Positions 30,498 through 40,173 of a stretch of 64,000 bases of DNA are shown piece after piece (the first letter of the stretch is position 1; every line of letters begins with the position of its first letter). The DNA lies in contig CBDHDG010000004.1 in NCBI GenBank assembly GCA_965261595.1, forward strand, positions 768,001 to 832,000, in the 5' to 3' direction. Under the pieces are notes generated by a model. The model saw only the letters and a list, made by a program, of their open reading frames with translations. It did not search any database and had not been told where the DNA came from. The translations under genes and the position numbers were made by a program. This stretch comes from a bacterium (lineage in GTDB: Bacteria; UBA8248; JACPRG01; G963555815).

Positions 30498-32183
30498 TCA
30501 CGCGCCTTCGCGCTTCACAATCAGGATCATCGCCGCCATCGAGAACAATAACAAGATGAGGGCCGGCGCGGCCGCTTCGGCGAAAAAGGCGTCCTCCATC
30601 CGGTCGAAGACCATCGCCGCCAGCGGACGGAAGCCGATCGGGCTCAGCAACAGGGTGGCGGGCAGCTCCTTCATCGTCGTCAGGAAGACCAGCGCCCCTC
30701 CGGAGAGCACGCCGGGCAAGACCAGGGGAAGGGTGATGGTCCGAAACACGTTGCGGGCCGAGCGCCCGAGGCTGCGTCCCGCTTCCTCCAGGTTCTTCGG
30801 AACCTGCAACAACGACGCGCGCGTCGATCCGACGGCCTGAGGAAGAAAAAGCACGACATAGGCGAAGACCAGAACCGGCAGCGTCTGGTAGTAATTGAAC
30901 GCACGCGAGACCCCCCGCGCGGCTTCGGGGCCCAGCCCGAAGAACCGCCCCAGGGAAGCGACCTGCTCGGGCAGAAAAAGAAAGAAGTAAACCAGGGCCA
31001 GAGCGACCACAAGTCCCGGCAAGGCGAACCCGGTGTAGGTCGCGCGCTCGATCAGCAGACTCCACCTCCCCGGACGGCGGACGCTGAGGACCGCGACCGG
31101 AATCGCCGCCACGACGCACGCCGCCGCCGCCAGGACCGAAACCCGGACTGAATCCCAGGTGGATCGCCACACCCAACTCAGGTCCAGCGTCGGATCCCCC
31201 AACCCCTGGAAGAACCAATAGCCCACCGTCCCGGCCGGAATGGCGAGTCCCAGAGTCACCATGAGCCCGCAAAAGAGCAACGCGGGCGCCGTCCAAAAGC
31301 GCAAGGGAACCCGGGGCCGGTCCGAAAAGGTCCGCACACCCCGGACTTCATACCGCCCGCGGCTCCGAAAGAGCAGCTCTGACGCCAGAATGGCCAGCGT
31401 CAGGACCACCAGAACCAGGGCCAGAATCGCGGCCCGCTGGCGGTTGAACAGAGACTCCTGCTCCAGAAAGATGACATACGTGAAGGAGGGGAACTCGAGC
31501 ATCGCCACGGCGCCGAAGTCGCTGATCACGTACAGGGCGACGAGCAGCCCGCCGGCGAACAGGGCGGGCCGAAGGAGGGGCAGCGACACCCGGAGAAGGG
31601 TCTTCGTCACGCCCAGGCCCAGGCTCCGCGAGGCTTCAACCAGTCCCGGGTCCATTCTCAGCCATTGGGCGCGCAAGGGCAGCATCACGTAGGGATAGGT
31701 CAGCGAGGTCAACAGCAGGGCCGCGCCCCAAAAGCTCTCGCGCAACGTCAGCCCGAGCGGTGCGAGGAGGGCCTTGCCGATCCAGGTGTTCGGACCGAAG
31801 GCGGCCAGATAGGCATAGGCACCGATATAGGAAGGAACGGCCAGAGGCAGGCTCAGCAGGACGGCCCACACCTTGGCCCCCGGCAGATCCGACCGGGACG
31901 TGACCCAGCCTCCCACCATCCCGACGAGGCACGCGAAAAACGTCGTCACTGCGGCCAAGCCCAGCGTATTGAGCAGGTAACGGCCCACCACGGGCCGCCA
32001 GATCGTCTGGAGGAACTCCCCGCCCGGTCCGTCCAGCGACCGAATCAGCAGATACGCGGCGGGGAGCACCATGGCCAGCGCGACGACTCCCCCCAGACCC
32101 CACAGGGCGACGGCGCCGAAGGAAATCCGCCCCCTGGGGGGAGCCGCCGGAGAGAGGTCCGCCGAAATGGATGTTGAACGCAT
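30498..32183 (-). CDS. Fe(III) ABC transporter permease (FbpB-like)
   Basis: Duplicated permease domains; PLAVPSY, SDFG, KELPATLLL.P motifs. Confidence 0.9.
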   Translation of the reverse strand: MRSTSISADLSPAAPPRGRISFGAVALWGLGGVVALAMVLPAAYLLIRSLDGPGGEFLQTIWRPVVGRYLLNTLGLAAVTTFFACLVGMVGGWVTSRSDLPGAKVWAVLLSLPLAVPSYIGAYAYLAAFGPNTWIGKALLAPLGLTLRESFWGAALLLTSLTYPYVMLPLRAQWLRMDPGLVEASRSLGLGVTKTLLRVSLPLLRPALFAGGLLVALYVISDFGAVAMLEFPSFTYVIFLEQESLFNRQRAAILALVLVVLTLAILASELLFRSRGRYEVRGVRTFSDRPRVPLRFWTAPALLFCGLMVTLGLAIPAGTVGYWFFQGLGDPTLDLSWVWRSTWDSVRVSVLAAAACVVAAIPVAVLSVRRPGRWSLLIERATYTGFALPGLVVALALVYFFLFLPEQVASLGRFFGLGPEAARGVSRAFNYYQTLPVLVFAYVVLFLPQAVGSTRASLLQVPKNLEEAGRSLGRSARNVFRTITLPLVLPGVLSGGALVFLTTMKELPATLLLSPIGFRPLAAMVFDRMEDAFFAEAAAPALILLLFSMAAMILIVKREGA

Positions 32184-32635
32184 GGCTTAAACCGGCCCTT
32201 CAGGCAACGGGAATCCAGGCCGATGGGAAACGGGCGCCCGCCCACTTCCCATCCGGCCTCACACGTCAGAATACCCCAATTCCTCGATCCCTTCATGAAC
32301 TGTCTCCCGACGCAGCAGGAAAAATGACCGATTCTCATGGTTGTCGGATACGCGAACGCGCCTCCGGTCCCGGAGGTCCGCCGGGGGATCAACACCTTCA
32401 CGCCGGGCGTCCGAAGCGGTCTTCGCCCCCCCATGCCACGGCATGGGGTTCTTTGCCGGGAACATCATCGGCAAGACTCGAAAAAAATTCCTGTTCACAT
32501 CGGTCTGTTTCGCTTATCCTGTTGAAAAAGATGCGGTGAGGATATCCCATCCCTCCGGAAGGGGCTCTTGCGTTCCCTGACCTGATCGACGCCGTGCGCC
32601 GGTTCCAGGCCCGCCGGCATTAGAGGAGATCACGC

Positions 32636-34249
32636 GTGACAGACCGCATGGCGGACCCTCCCAGAGGGGACCCTCCGGCCCAACCCGTCGTCTCCATGCA
32701 GGGGATCACCAAACGGTTCCCCGGAGTCGTCGCCAACGAAGAGGTCGATCTGGACATCCTCGAAGGGGAGATACACACCCTCCTCGGAGAGAACGGCTCC
32801 GGGAAGAGCACCCTGATGAACATCCTGACGGGGATCTACCGGGCCGACGCCGGCCGGATGTTCATCCGCGGCCGGCCCGTGCACTTCCGGTCCCCCCGCG
32901 ACGCCATCGCCCAGGGGATCGGGATGGTCCACCAACACTTCAAGCTCATCCCCACCCACACCGTCGCGGAAAACATCATCCTCGGCCTCAGCGGCAGGGC
33001 CGTGAAGCTCGACCTGAGGAACGTGGAGGCGCAGACCGCGCGCCTGGCTGAGCAGTACGGCCTCAAGGTGGACCCGCGGGCCCACATCTGGCAGCTTTCC
33101 ATCGGCGAGCAGCAACGGGTGGAGATCCTGAAGGTTCTCTTCCGCGGGGCCAACATCCTCATCCTCGACGAGCCCACCGCCGTCCTGACCCCCCAGGAGT
33201 CCCGCGAGCTCTTCGAGACCCTCCGGGCCATGACCGCGCAGGGGCACTCGGTCGTCTTCATCTCCCACAAGCTCGACGAGGTCATGGCCATCTCCCACCG
33301 AATCACAGTCCTGCGCGGCGGCCGGGTCGTGGGGGCGGCCTCCCCCCGGGAGACCAACCCGCGGGAGATCTCGAAGATGATGGTGGGCAAAGAGATCCTG
33401 TTCAAAGTCCTCCGCCGGGAGGAGACCGCGGGCGAAACGGTCCTGGAAGTGGAGGACCTGACGGCCTTGAGCGACCGGAGCCTCCCCGCGTTGAAGGGAA
33501 TCGGCTTCACGGTCTCGGCGGGCGAGATCCTCGGGTTCGCCGGCGTCGCCGGCAACGGCCAGCAGGAGCTGGCGGAGATCCTCACCGGCCTACGGCGCCC
33601 GACCGGGGGAAGGCTCCGGCTGGGCGGCCGGGAGATGGGCGGCGCCCCCGCCCGGGAATTCATCGAGGCGGGGGTGGCCTACGTGCCGGCCGACCGGACC
33701 GGGGTGGCCTCGGTGGGGAACCTGTCTCTTTCGGAAAACGTCGTTCTCAAGCGATATCGGGACGACCGGTTCGCCAACGGCCCCTTCCTGGACCGGGAGG
33801 TCATCGACACGTTCGCCGACGGCCTCATCAACCAGTACAACATCGCCACCCCGGGACACGACACGGCGGTGCGGCTGCTCTCGGGCGGGAACCTTCAGAA
33901 GGTCATCCTGGCGCGGGAGATCTCCTCCCACCACAGGGCGCTCATCATCATGTCCCCCACCCGGGGTCTCGACGTCGGCGCCACCGACTTCATCCGAAAC
34001 ACCCTGGACCGGCACCGGCGGGAGGGAACGGCGATCGTCCTGATCTCCGAAGACCTCGAAGAGCTTCTGTCGCTGAGCAACCGCATCGCCGTGCTGTTCG
34101 ATGGAGAGATCATGGGAACGCTCCCGGTGAACGAGGCGGAGACCGAAACGCTGGGCCTGATGATGGCGGGGGCCAAGCGGCTGGCCAACGCCTCGGGGGA
34201 ATCGGCCGCCTCCGCCCCGCCCTCGCCGACCGCCGCTGAGACCCGCTGA
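32636..34249 (+). CDS. Nucleoside/sugar ABC transporter ATP-binding protein, double NBD
   Basis: GENGSGKS, GMVHQHF, GVAGNGQ.EL, LSGGNLQK motifs. Confidence 0.92.
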   Translation: MTDRMADPPRGDPPAQPVVSMQGITKRFPGVVANEEVDLDILEGEIHTLLGENGSGKSTLMNILTGIYRADAGRMFIRGRPVHFRSPRDAIAQGIGMVHQHFKLIPTHTVAENIILGLSGRAVKLDLRNVEAQTARLAEQYGLKVDPRAHIWQLSIGEQQRVEILKVLFRGANILILDEPTAVLTPQESRELFETLRAMTAQGHSVVFISHKLDEVMAISHRITVLRGGRVVGAASPRETNPREISKMMVGKEILFKVLRREETAGETVLEVEDLTALSDRSLPALKGIGFTVSAGEILGFAGVAGNGQQELAEILTGLRRPTGGRLRLGGREMGGAPAREFIEAGVAYVPADRTGVASVGNLSLSENVVLKRYRDDRFANGPFLDREVIDTFADGLINQYNIATPGHDTAVRLLSGGNLQKVILAREISSHHRALIIMSPTRGLDVGATDFIRNTLDRHRREGTAIVLISEDLEELLSLSNRIAVLFDGEIMGTLPVNEAETETLGLMMAGAKRLANASGESAASAPPSPTAAETR

Positions 34250-35359
34250 TGGCTTTCCTCCGGTTGGAGATGCGGATCGAGCGGTCCAAGTCTCTCGACT
34301 ATCTGATCCCGATCGGGTCCATCCTGTTGGCGCTGATCATCGGCGGGCTGATCCTCCTCGGGACGGGGGCGAACCCTCTGGCCGCTTACCGGGAGATGTT
34401 CGGCGAGTCCCTCGGGACCGGGTATGGAATCTCGGAAACCCTGGTCAAGGCCACGCCCCTGATGCTTTGCGGCCTGGGGGTGATGATCGCCTTCAAGATG
34501 CTCTTCTGGAACATCGGGGCCGAGGGCCAGCTTCACATGGGCGCCTTCGCGGCCACCTTCATCGTCCTCACTGGCTGGGAGGGCTCGGCCTGGACGATGA
34601 TCCCGACGATGATGCTCGGGGGAATGATCGCCGGGGCCGTTTGGGCGCTGATCCCCGCGCTGCTCAAGGTCAAGCTGAATGTCAATGAGATCATCACGAC
34701 GCTCCTGCTGAACTACGTGGCCATCCTCTGGGTCGACTACCTCAGTGTACGGCCCGTGGAAAGACCCGGGCACGCTGAACTTCCCCCTGACCAAACAATT
34801 TCCGGCGGGCGCCCAGCTTCTGCGGTTCGGCGACACCCGGGTCCACCTGGGGATCCTCTTCGCCATCGTGGCCGCCGTTATCCTTTATTACCTCCAAGAG
34901 CGAAGCCGATGGGGGTTTGAGATTGCGGTGATGGGCGAGAATCCCCGGGCCGCCGAGTATGCGGGGATGAAGACCGGCCGAAACATCCTCCTCGTGATGC
35001 TCATCAGCGGGGGGCTTTCCGGGCTGGCGGGCATGGTCGAGGTCTCGGGCATCCAGCTCCGGCTGCTGCACGGCATTTCGCCCCCCAACGCGCCATACGG
35101 TTACACGGCCATCATCGTCGCTTGGCTGGCGCGGCGGAACCCCTGGGGGGTGGTCCTGGTGTCGATCCTGTTGGCCAGCCTCTACGTCGGGGGCGAGGCG
35201 CTTCAGATTGAGATGAAGCTTCCGGTCAACATCGTCCTCATTATCCAGGCCCTCATCCTGTTCTTCGTCCTGGGCGGGGACATCCTGTCCAGGTACCGCT
35301 TGGTATACGGCGGCGGCTCGCTCCCCGAAAAGGGGGCATCCGCGGCAGCCGGAGGTTAG
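34249..35359 (+). pseudogene. Nucleoside ABC permease 1, +1 frameshift near 34744
   Basis: WNIGAEGQ..NEIITTLLLNY in one frame; YGPWKDP..GYTAIIVAWLA in the next. Confidence 0.85.
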
Positions 35360-35369
35360 GAGGCTTGTC

Positions 35370-36305
35370 TTGGACACCAACCTGATCATCGCCATTCTTC
35401 AAGCGACCGTCCGATCGGGCACGCCCATCCTCTTCGCCTGCGTCGGGGAGATCTACGCCGAGCGCTCGGGGAACCTGAACCTGGGGGTCGAGGGGATGAT
35501 GCTCATCGGGGCCATCGCGGGCTTTTTCGCAACCTTCATGACGCAGAGCCCCGTCGTGGGAGTGATCATGGCGGCCCTCATGGGGGCGGCCTTCTCCCTG
35601 ATCCACGCCTACGTGACGATCACCCTGCGCGCGGACCAGATCGTGAGCGGCCTGACGCTGACCCTCCTTGGCACGGGCATGAGCGGTTTCTTCGGACAAT
35701 CGATGGTCGGCCAGGTGGCGCCGGGCTTCGAGAAGCTGCCGATCCCCGGCCTGTCGGAGATTCCCTGGATCGGCACGATCCTCTTCCAGCAGGACGCCTT
35801 GGTGTATCTCTCCTACATCCTGGTCCCGATCGCGTGGTGGGTGCTCTACCGGACCCACCTGGGGCTGTCCATCCGGTCGGTGGGGGAGAGCCCGGACACG
35901 GCCGACTCTCTGGGCATCCGGGTGTCGGCCCTGCGGTACGGATGCGTGATGTTCGGCGGGGCCATGGCGGGCATCGCGGGGGCGTATCTGTCCCTGGCCT
36001 ACACGACGATGTGGATCGAGCAGATGACCGCGGGCCGGGGCTGGATCGCCATCGCCCTGGTCATTTTCGCCGGCTGGAGCCCCATGAAGGCGTTCCTGGG
36101 GGCGTACCTCTTCGGGGGCGCGGACGCCATGCAGCTTCGCTTCCAGGCCATCGGCACGCCCATCCCGGCCCACTTCCTCATGATGCTCCCTTACCTGTTG
36201 ACGATCGGCATCCTGATCCTGGCCACCCGGGAGTCCGTCCGCCGACGCCTCGGCGCCCCCGCGGCCCTGGGCATCCCGTACGCGCGGGAGGAAAGATCGA
36301 GATAA
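35370..36305 (+). CDS. Nucleoside ABC permease 2
   Basis: ERSGNLNLGVEG, AGRGWIAIALV, PAALG.PY motifs. Confidence 0.92.
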   Translation: MDTNLIIAILQATVRSGTPILFACVGEIYAERSGNLNLGVEGMMLIGAIAGFFATFMTQSPVVGVIMAALMGAAFSLIHAYVTITLRADQIVSGLTLTLLGTGMSGFFGQSMVGQVAPGFEKLPIPGLSEIPWIGTILFQQDALVYLSYILVPIAWWVLYRTHLGLSIRSVGESPDTADSLGIRVSALRYGCVMFGGAMAGIAGAYLSLAYTTMWIEQMTAGRGWIAIALVIFAGWSPMKAFLGAYLFGGADAMQLRFQAIGTPIPAHFLMMLPYLLTIGILILATRESVRRRLGAPAALGIPYAREERSR

Positions 36306-36583
36306 TCGGAAAAATCTAAAGGCCGGAATCCACAGATTTCACAGATTGCGCAGATAAGAACATAAAGGCGGGAATCCGCGACAATACGGGAGTCCCATCG
36401 ATATATGACCAACCTTTCGCCTTCTTGTTTTCTGTGGGGACTGTGAAATCCATGGATCGACATCCACTGAAAATGAGAGATCCAACGACGTATGCCATCA
36501 TCGGGGGGACGATGGTGGTGCACCGAGAAATGGGTCCTGGACCGCCCCTGGGTTATTGGACACTCGGGTGAGGGTATTCGACC

Positions 36584-37501
36584 TCATGCGGCCTCCGCAA
36601 CTTGAGCGAGTTTTTCCTGCCTTGCCTGGGCCGGCGTTCGGTAGCCGTAGCCCTCGAGAATCCAATGATGGTTATACAGGTTCTTGAACTCAAGCAGCGC
36701 CCACCGCAGTTCCTCTACGGTGGCGAAAGAGCGCACCCACAGGAGATTCTCCTTCAAGATGCGGATAAACCACTCACAGTAGCCATTTCCCTCGGGCGCC
36801 CGCACGAAGCTGGGCGAACTGGTCATGCCCAGGTAGGCGATCTCCCGCTGAAAGTCATCGGACAGATAGGCGGGGCCGTGGTCGTGACGAACTTTAAGCC
36901 CCTCGGCGACGTCCGCCTCCAAGCCGGCGAAGCGCTCGGCGACCCCCTGCCGGATCGGCTCCAGGGCCTCGAAGCGGTTGCCGCTCTTGGCCGCATGGAT
37001 CCCCACGCAGTCCACCGAACAGTGATCCACCGCCACGAACACCGAGGCCATCCCCTCCTCGGTGGTCACCGTCGTCGTCATGTGCGTGCCCCACATTCGG
37101 TCGGGCCGCTCGGTGCGGATGGTTCCGTTGTGGGCCTTGGGACCTCGGGGTTTGCCCACCCGGTGGGGGGCCTGAAGCCCCGCCTCCCGCATCAGGCGAC
37201 GCACCCGCTCCTTGCTGGTGCGGATGCCCGCGAAGCGCAGCCTCGCCCACACCTTGCGGTAGCCCTCGCCATGGAAGGGAGAGTCCTCCAGGACCTGCCG
37301 GATGTGGCCGAGGAGTTCCGCATCGGTGCACGGGCCCACAGGGCCGCGCTTATTGGGCGTGGGGCGTTCATGAACGGGGACCGCCTCTCGCCGCCGTTGC
37401 GCGTAGACCGTGGAGCGCGCCAAGCCCCAAAGGGCGCACACCCGCTTCAGGCCGTAGGCTCTGCCCGTGGAGGTGAAGCGGGCCTGACTCATCGCCTCCA
37501 C
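36584..37501 (-). CDS. IS3-family transposase OrfB, first catalytic Asp replaced by His
   Basis: GYRKVWARL, WGTHMT, RHDHG, GNGYCE motifs. Confidence 0.88.
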   Translation of the reverse strand: MEAMSQARFTSTGRAYGLKRVCALWGLARSTVYAQRRREAVPVHERPTPNKRGPVGPCTDAELLGHIRQVLEDSPFHGEGYRKVWARLRFAGIRTSKERVRRLMREAGLQAPHRVGKPRGPKAHNGTIRTERPDRMWGTHMTTTVTTEEGMASVFVAVDHCSVDCVGIHAAKSGNRFEALEPIRQGVAERFAGLEADVAEGLKVRHDHGPAYLSDDFQREIAYLGMTSSPSFVRAPEGNGYCEWFIRILKENLLWVRSFATVEELRWALLEFKNLYNHHWILEGYGYRTPAQARQEKLAQVAEAA

Positions 37502-37902
37502 CTCCTGCCGGCTAAAGGGCGGCCGGCCTCCAGGCGGTCGATCTTCTCCCGCAGGACCTCGCCCTCCATCGTGAGTTCGCCCACCTTGGCCTTGAGCCGG
37601 GCGTTCTCCTCGTCCCGCTCATCCGCCGGGCGGGCTTTGAGCGCCGCCTCGCCCCCGCGAAGGAACGCCTCGCGCCAGGCGGAAAGCCGAGCCGCTGTCG
37701 TGCCCAACTCGCGGCAGAGCGTCTCCAGGCTCTCGCCCCGCAAAAGACGCAGGACCGCCTCCCGCTTGCGCTGGCAGGAGAACCGACCCCGCTCACTGCG
37801 ATGCCCTGGGGCCTTGGCTCCGTTCGCCCTACGGGCGCCCTCCGCCAAAGCCCCCTCTTGCTTTTGTTCGTTCATCGCGACACCCCTTTCTCCATGAATC
37901 AT
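37489..37902 (-). CDS. IS3-family transposase OrfA
   Basis: HTH (KREAVLRLLRGE..RELG) and ENARLKAKVGELTME zipper. Confidence 0.85.
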   Translation of the reverse strand: MIHGERGVAMNEQKQEGALAEGARRANGAKAPGHRSERGRFSCQRKREAVLRLLRGESLETLCRELGTTAARLSAWREAFLRGGEAALKARPADERDEENARLKAKVGELTMEGEVLREKIDRLEAGRPLAGRRWRR

Positions 37903-38203
37903 GGATCAATCGAGTGTCCAACAAAACCCTAGAGCGGGGGAGTCCCGGCTTTCTGGAGGCGGTGTGCCAGGAGGCGCTCGCTTTAGAATTCGACGAGCGG
38001 GGGGCGCCATACCAACGCGAGGTCGAATTGCCGATTCTTTACAAAGGGCGACAGCTCGACACCCCCTATCGAGCGGATTTTATTGGGACTTATATATTTG
38101 GGTTAATTGCGTTCAGGCGGAGCATGAACGTGGAGCCCCTAGAATACAAGAGGCTTACATCCTATGTTTAGGGAATTATATACGATAGTGCCGGAACCGC
38201 CCG

Positions 38204-38395
38204 CTAGGACGGTCGGTCCTTCCACTTGATGTTGACGGGTCGAAACGCGGCCTGCGCCAGTTCCTCCGGCGTTGGCATGGAGCCGTCCGCCTTCCGAACG
38301 TCGATAGGTTTCTCCATCTCTGCCTTGCTCGGCTGGTAGGCCGAACGGACAAGCGTGACGGCAGCCTTTGGGGCGGGCTTCGGCTTCGCAGTCAT
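38204..38395 (-). CDS. Small hypothetical passenger protein (63 aa)
   Basis: ATGA overlap with the R-M stop; MTAKPKPAPKAAVTLVRSAYQPSKAEME. Confidence 0.5.
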   Translation of the reverse strand: MTAKPKPAPKAAVTLVRSAYQPSKAEMEKPIDVRKADGSMPTPEELAQAAFRPVNIKWKDRPS

Positions 38396-38854
38396 GTAGT
38401 AATCCCCCCGCCCAATCTTTCGCGCAGATTTTCGATCCGCTCTTGTGCAGACCATTTTTCCCTAATGCTGTTTTCGACATCGCCGCTGATCCTGGCGGTG
38501 TCGGTCGGGTCAACAGGGATCGGCAGCACAAGATGTCTCCATCGGTCGCCGATTGTCGGTAGCGTTATGTCAATACACACAAGATTGGGAATCTGATCTT
38601 GCACCGTTTTCGCCGAAAGGGCGGCGAGCAGGTAGAACGGCGTCAGACCATGTTTGTTGTCGTGGTCGAACAGGCGTAGCGTCATCAATTCACGAGTCAA
38701 CAAAACGTCGCCATCCCGTGGCGACGCCATCGCCACCGTTCCAATTCGATAACTGCCGCGACGCACAAAGATAACATCCTCGGGTTCCGGGCGCCGCTTC
38801 TTTTTACCAATAACGTCCCCCGCTCTAGGGTTTTGTTGGACACTCGATTGATCC

Positions 38855-39268
38855 ATGATTCATGGAGAAAGGGGTGTCGCGATGAACGAACAAAAGCAAG
38901 ATGGGGCTTTGGCGGAGGGCGCCCGCAGGGCGAACGGAGCCAAGGCCCCAGGGCATCGCAGTGAGCGGGGTCGGTTCTCCTGCCAGCGCAAGCGGGAGGC
39001 GGTCCTGCGTCTTTTGCGGGGCGAGAGCCTGGAGACGCTCTGCCGCGAGTTGGGCACGACAGCGGCTCGGCTTTCCGCCTGGCGCGAGGCGTTCCTTCGC
39101 GGGGGCGAGGCGGCGCTCAAAGCTCGCCCGGCGGATGAGCGGGACGAGGAGAACGCCCGGCTCAAGGCCAAGGTGGGCGAACTCACGATGGAGGGCGAGG
39201 TCCTGCGGGAGAAGATCGACCGCCTGGAGGCCGGCCGCCCTTTAGCCGGCAGGAGGTGGAGGCGATGA
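38855..39268 (+). CDS. IS3-family transposase OrfA
   Basis: Differs from copy 1 by a single residue. Confidence 0.85.
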   Translation: MIHGERGVAMNEQKQDGALAEGARRANGAKAPGHRSERGRFSCQRKREAVLRLLRGESLETLCRELGTTAARLSAWREAFLRGGEAALKARPADERDEENARLKAKVGELTMEGEVLREKIDRLEAGRPLAGRRWRR

Positions 39269-40173
39269 GTCAGGCCCGCTTCACCTCCACGGGCAGAGCC
39301 TACGGCCTGAAGCGGGTGTGCGCCCTTTGGGGCTTGGCGCGCTCCACGGTCTACGCGCAACGGCGGCGAGAGGCGGTCCCCGTTCATGAACGCCCCACGC
39401 CCAATAAGCGCGGCCCTGTGGGCCCGTGCACCGATGCGGAACTCCTCGGTCACATCCGGCAGGTCCTGGAGGACTCTCCCTTCCATGGCGAGGGCTACCG
39501 CAAGGTGTGGGCGAGGCTGCGCTTCGCGGGCATCCGCACCAGCAAGGAGCGGGTGCGTCGCCTGATGCGGGAGGCGGGGCTTCAGGCCCCCCACCGGGTG
39601 GGCAAACCCCGAGGTCCCAAGGCCCACAACGGGACCATCCGCACCGAGCGGCCCGACCGAATGTGGGGCACGGACATGACGACGACGGTGACCACCGAGG
39701 AGGGGATGGCCTCGGTGTTCGCGGCGGTGGATCACTGCTCGGTGGACTGCGTGGGGATCCATGCGGCCAAGAGCGGCAACCGCTTCGAGGCCCTGGAGCC
39801 GATCCGGCAGGGGGTCGCCGAGCGCTTCGCCGGCTTGGAGGCGGACGTCGCCGAGGGGCTTAAAGTTCGTCACGACCACGGCCCCGCCTATCTGTCCGAT
39901 GACTTTCAGCGGGAGATCGCCTACCTGGGCATGACCAGTTCGCCCAGCTTCGTGCGGGCGCCCGAGGGAAATGGCTACTGTGAGTGGTTTATCCGCATCT
40001 TGAAGGAGAATCTCCTGTGGGTGCGCTCTTTCGCCACCGTAGAGGAACTGCGGTGGGCGCTGCTTGAGTTCAAGAACCTGTACAACCATCATTGGATTCT
40101 CGAGGGCTACGGCTACCGAACGCCGGCCCAGGCAAGGCAGGAAAAACTCGCTCAAGTTGCGGAGGCCGCATGA
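39256..40173 (+). CDS. IS3-family transposase OrfB (DDE intact)
   Basis: WGTDMT, RHDHG, GNGYCE motifs. Confidence 0.9.
   Translation: MEAMSQARFTSTGRAYGLKRVCALWGLARSTVYAQRRREAVPVHERPTPNKRGPVGPCTDAELLGHIRQVLEDSPFHGEGYRKVWARLRFAGIRTSKERVRRLMREAGLQAPHRVGKPRGPKAHNGTIRTERPDRMWGTDMTTTVTTEEGMASVFAAVDHCSVDCVGIHAAKSGNRFEALEPIRQGVAERFAGLEADVAEGLKVRHDHGPAYLSDDFQREIAYLGMTSSPSFVRAPEGNGYCEWFIRILKENLLWVRSFATVEELRWALLEFKNLYNHHWILEGYGYRTPAQARQEKLAQVAEAA

Larger units (their letters stand above)
36538..37941 (-). mobile_element. IS3-family insertion sequence, copy 1 (1404 bp)
   Basis: Imperfect IRs sharing TTGGACACTCG; 4-bp target duplication GTCC; orfA plus orfB. Confidence 0.9.

Noticed and set aside
32322..32338. 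Fur-like box upstream of the iron permease
   Set aside because: Only a partial match (ATGAGAATCGGTCATTT); not supportable without a position weight matrix.
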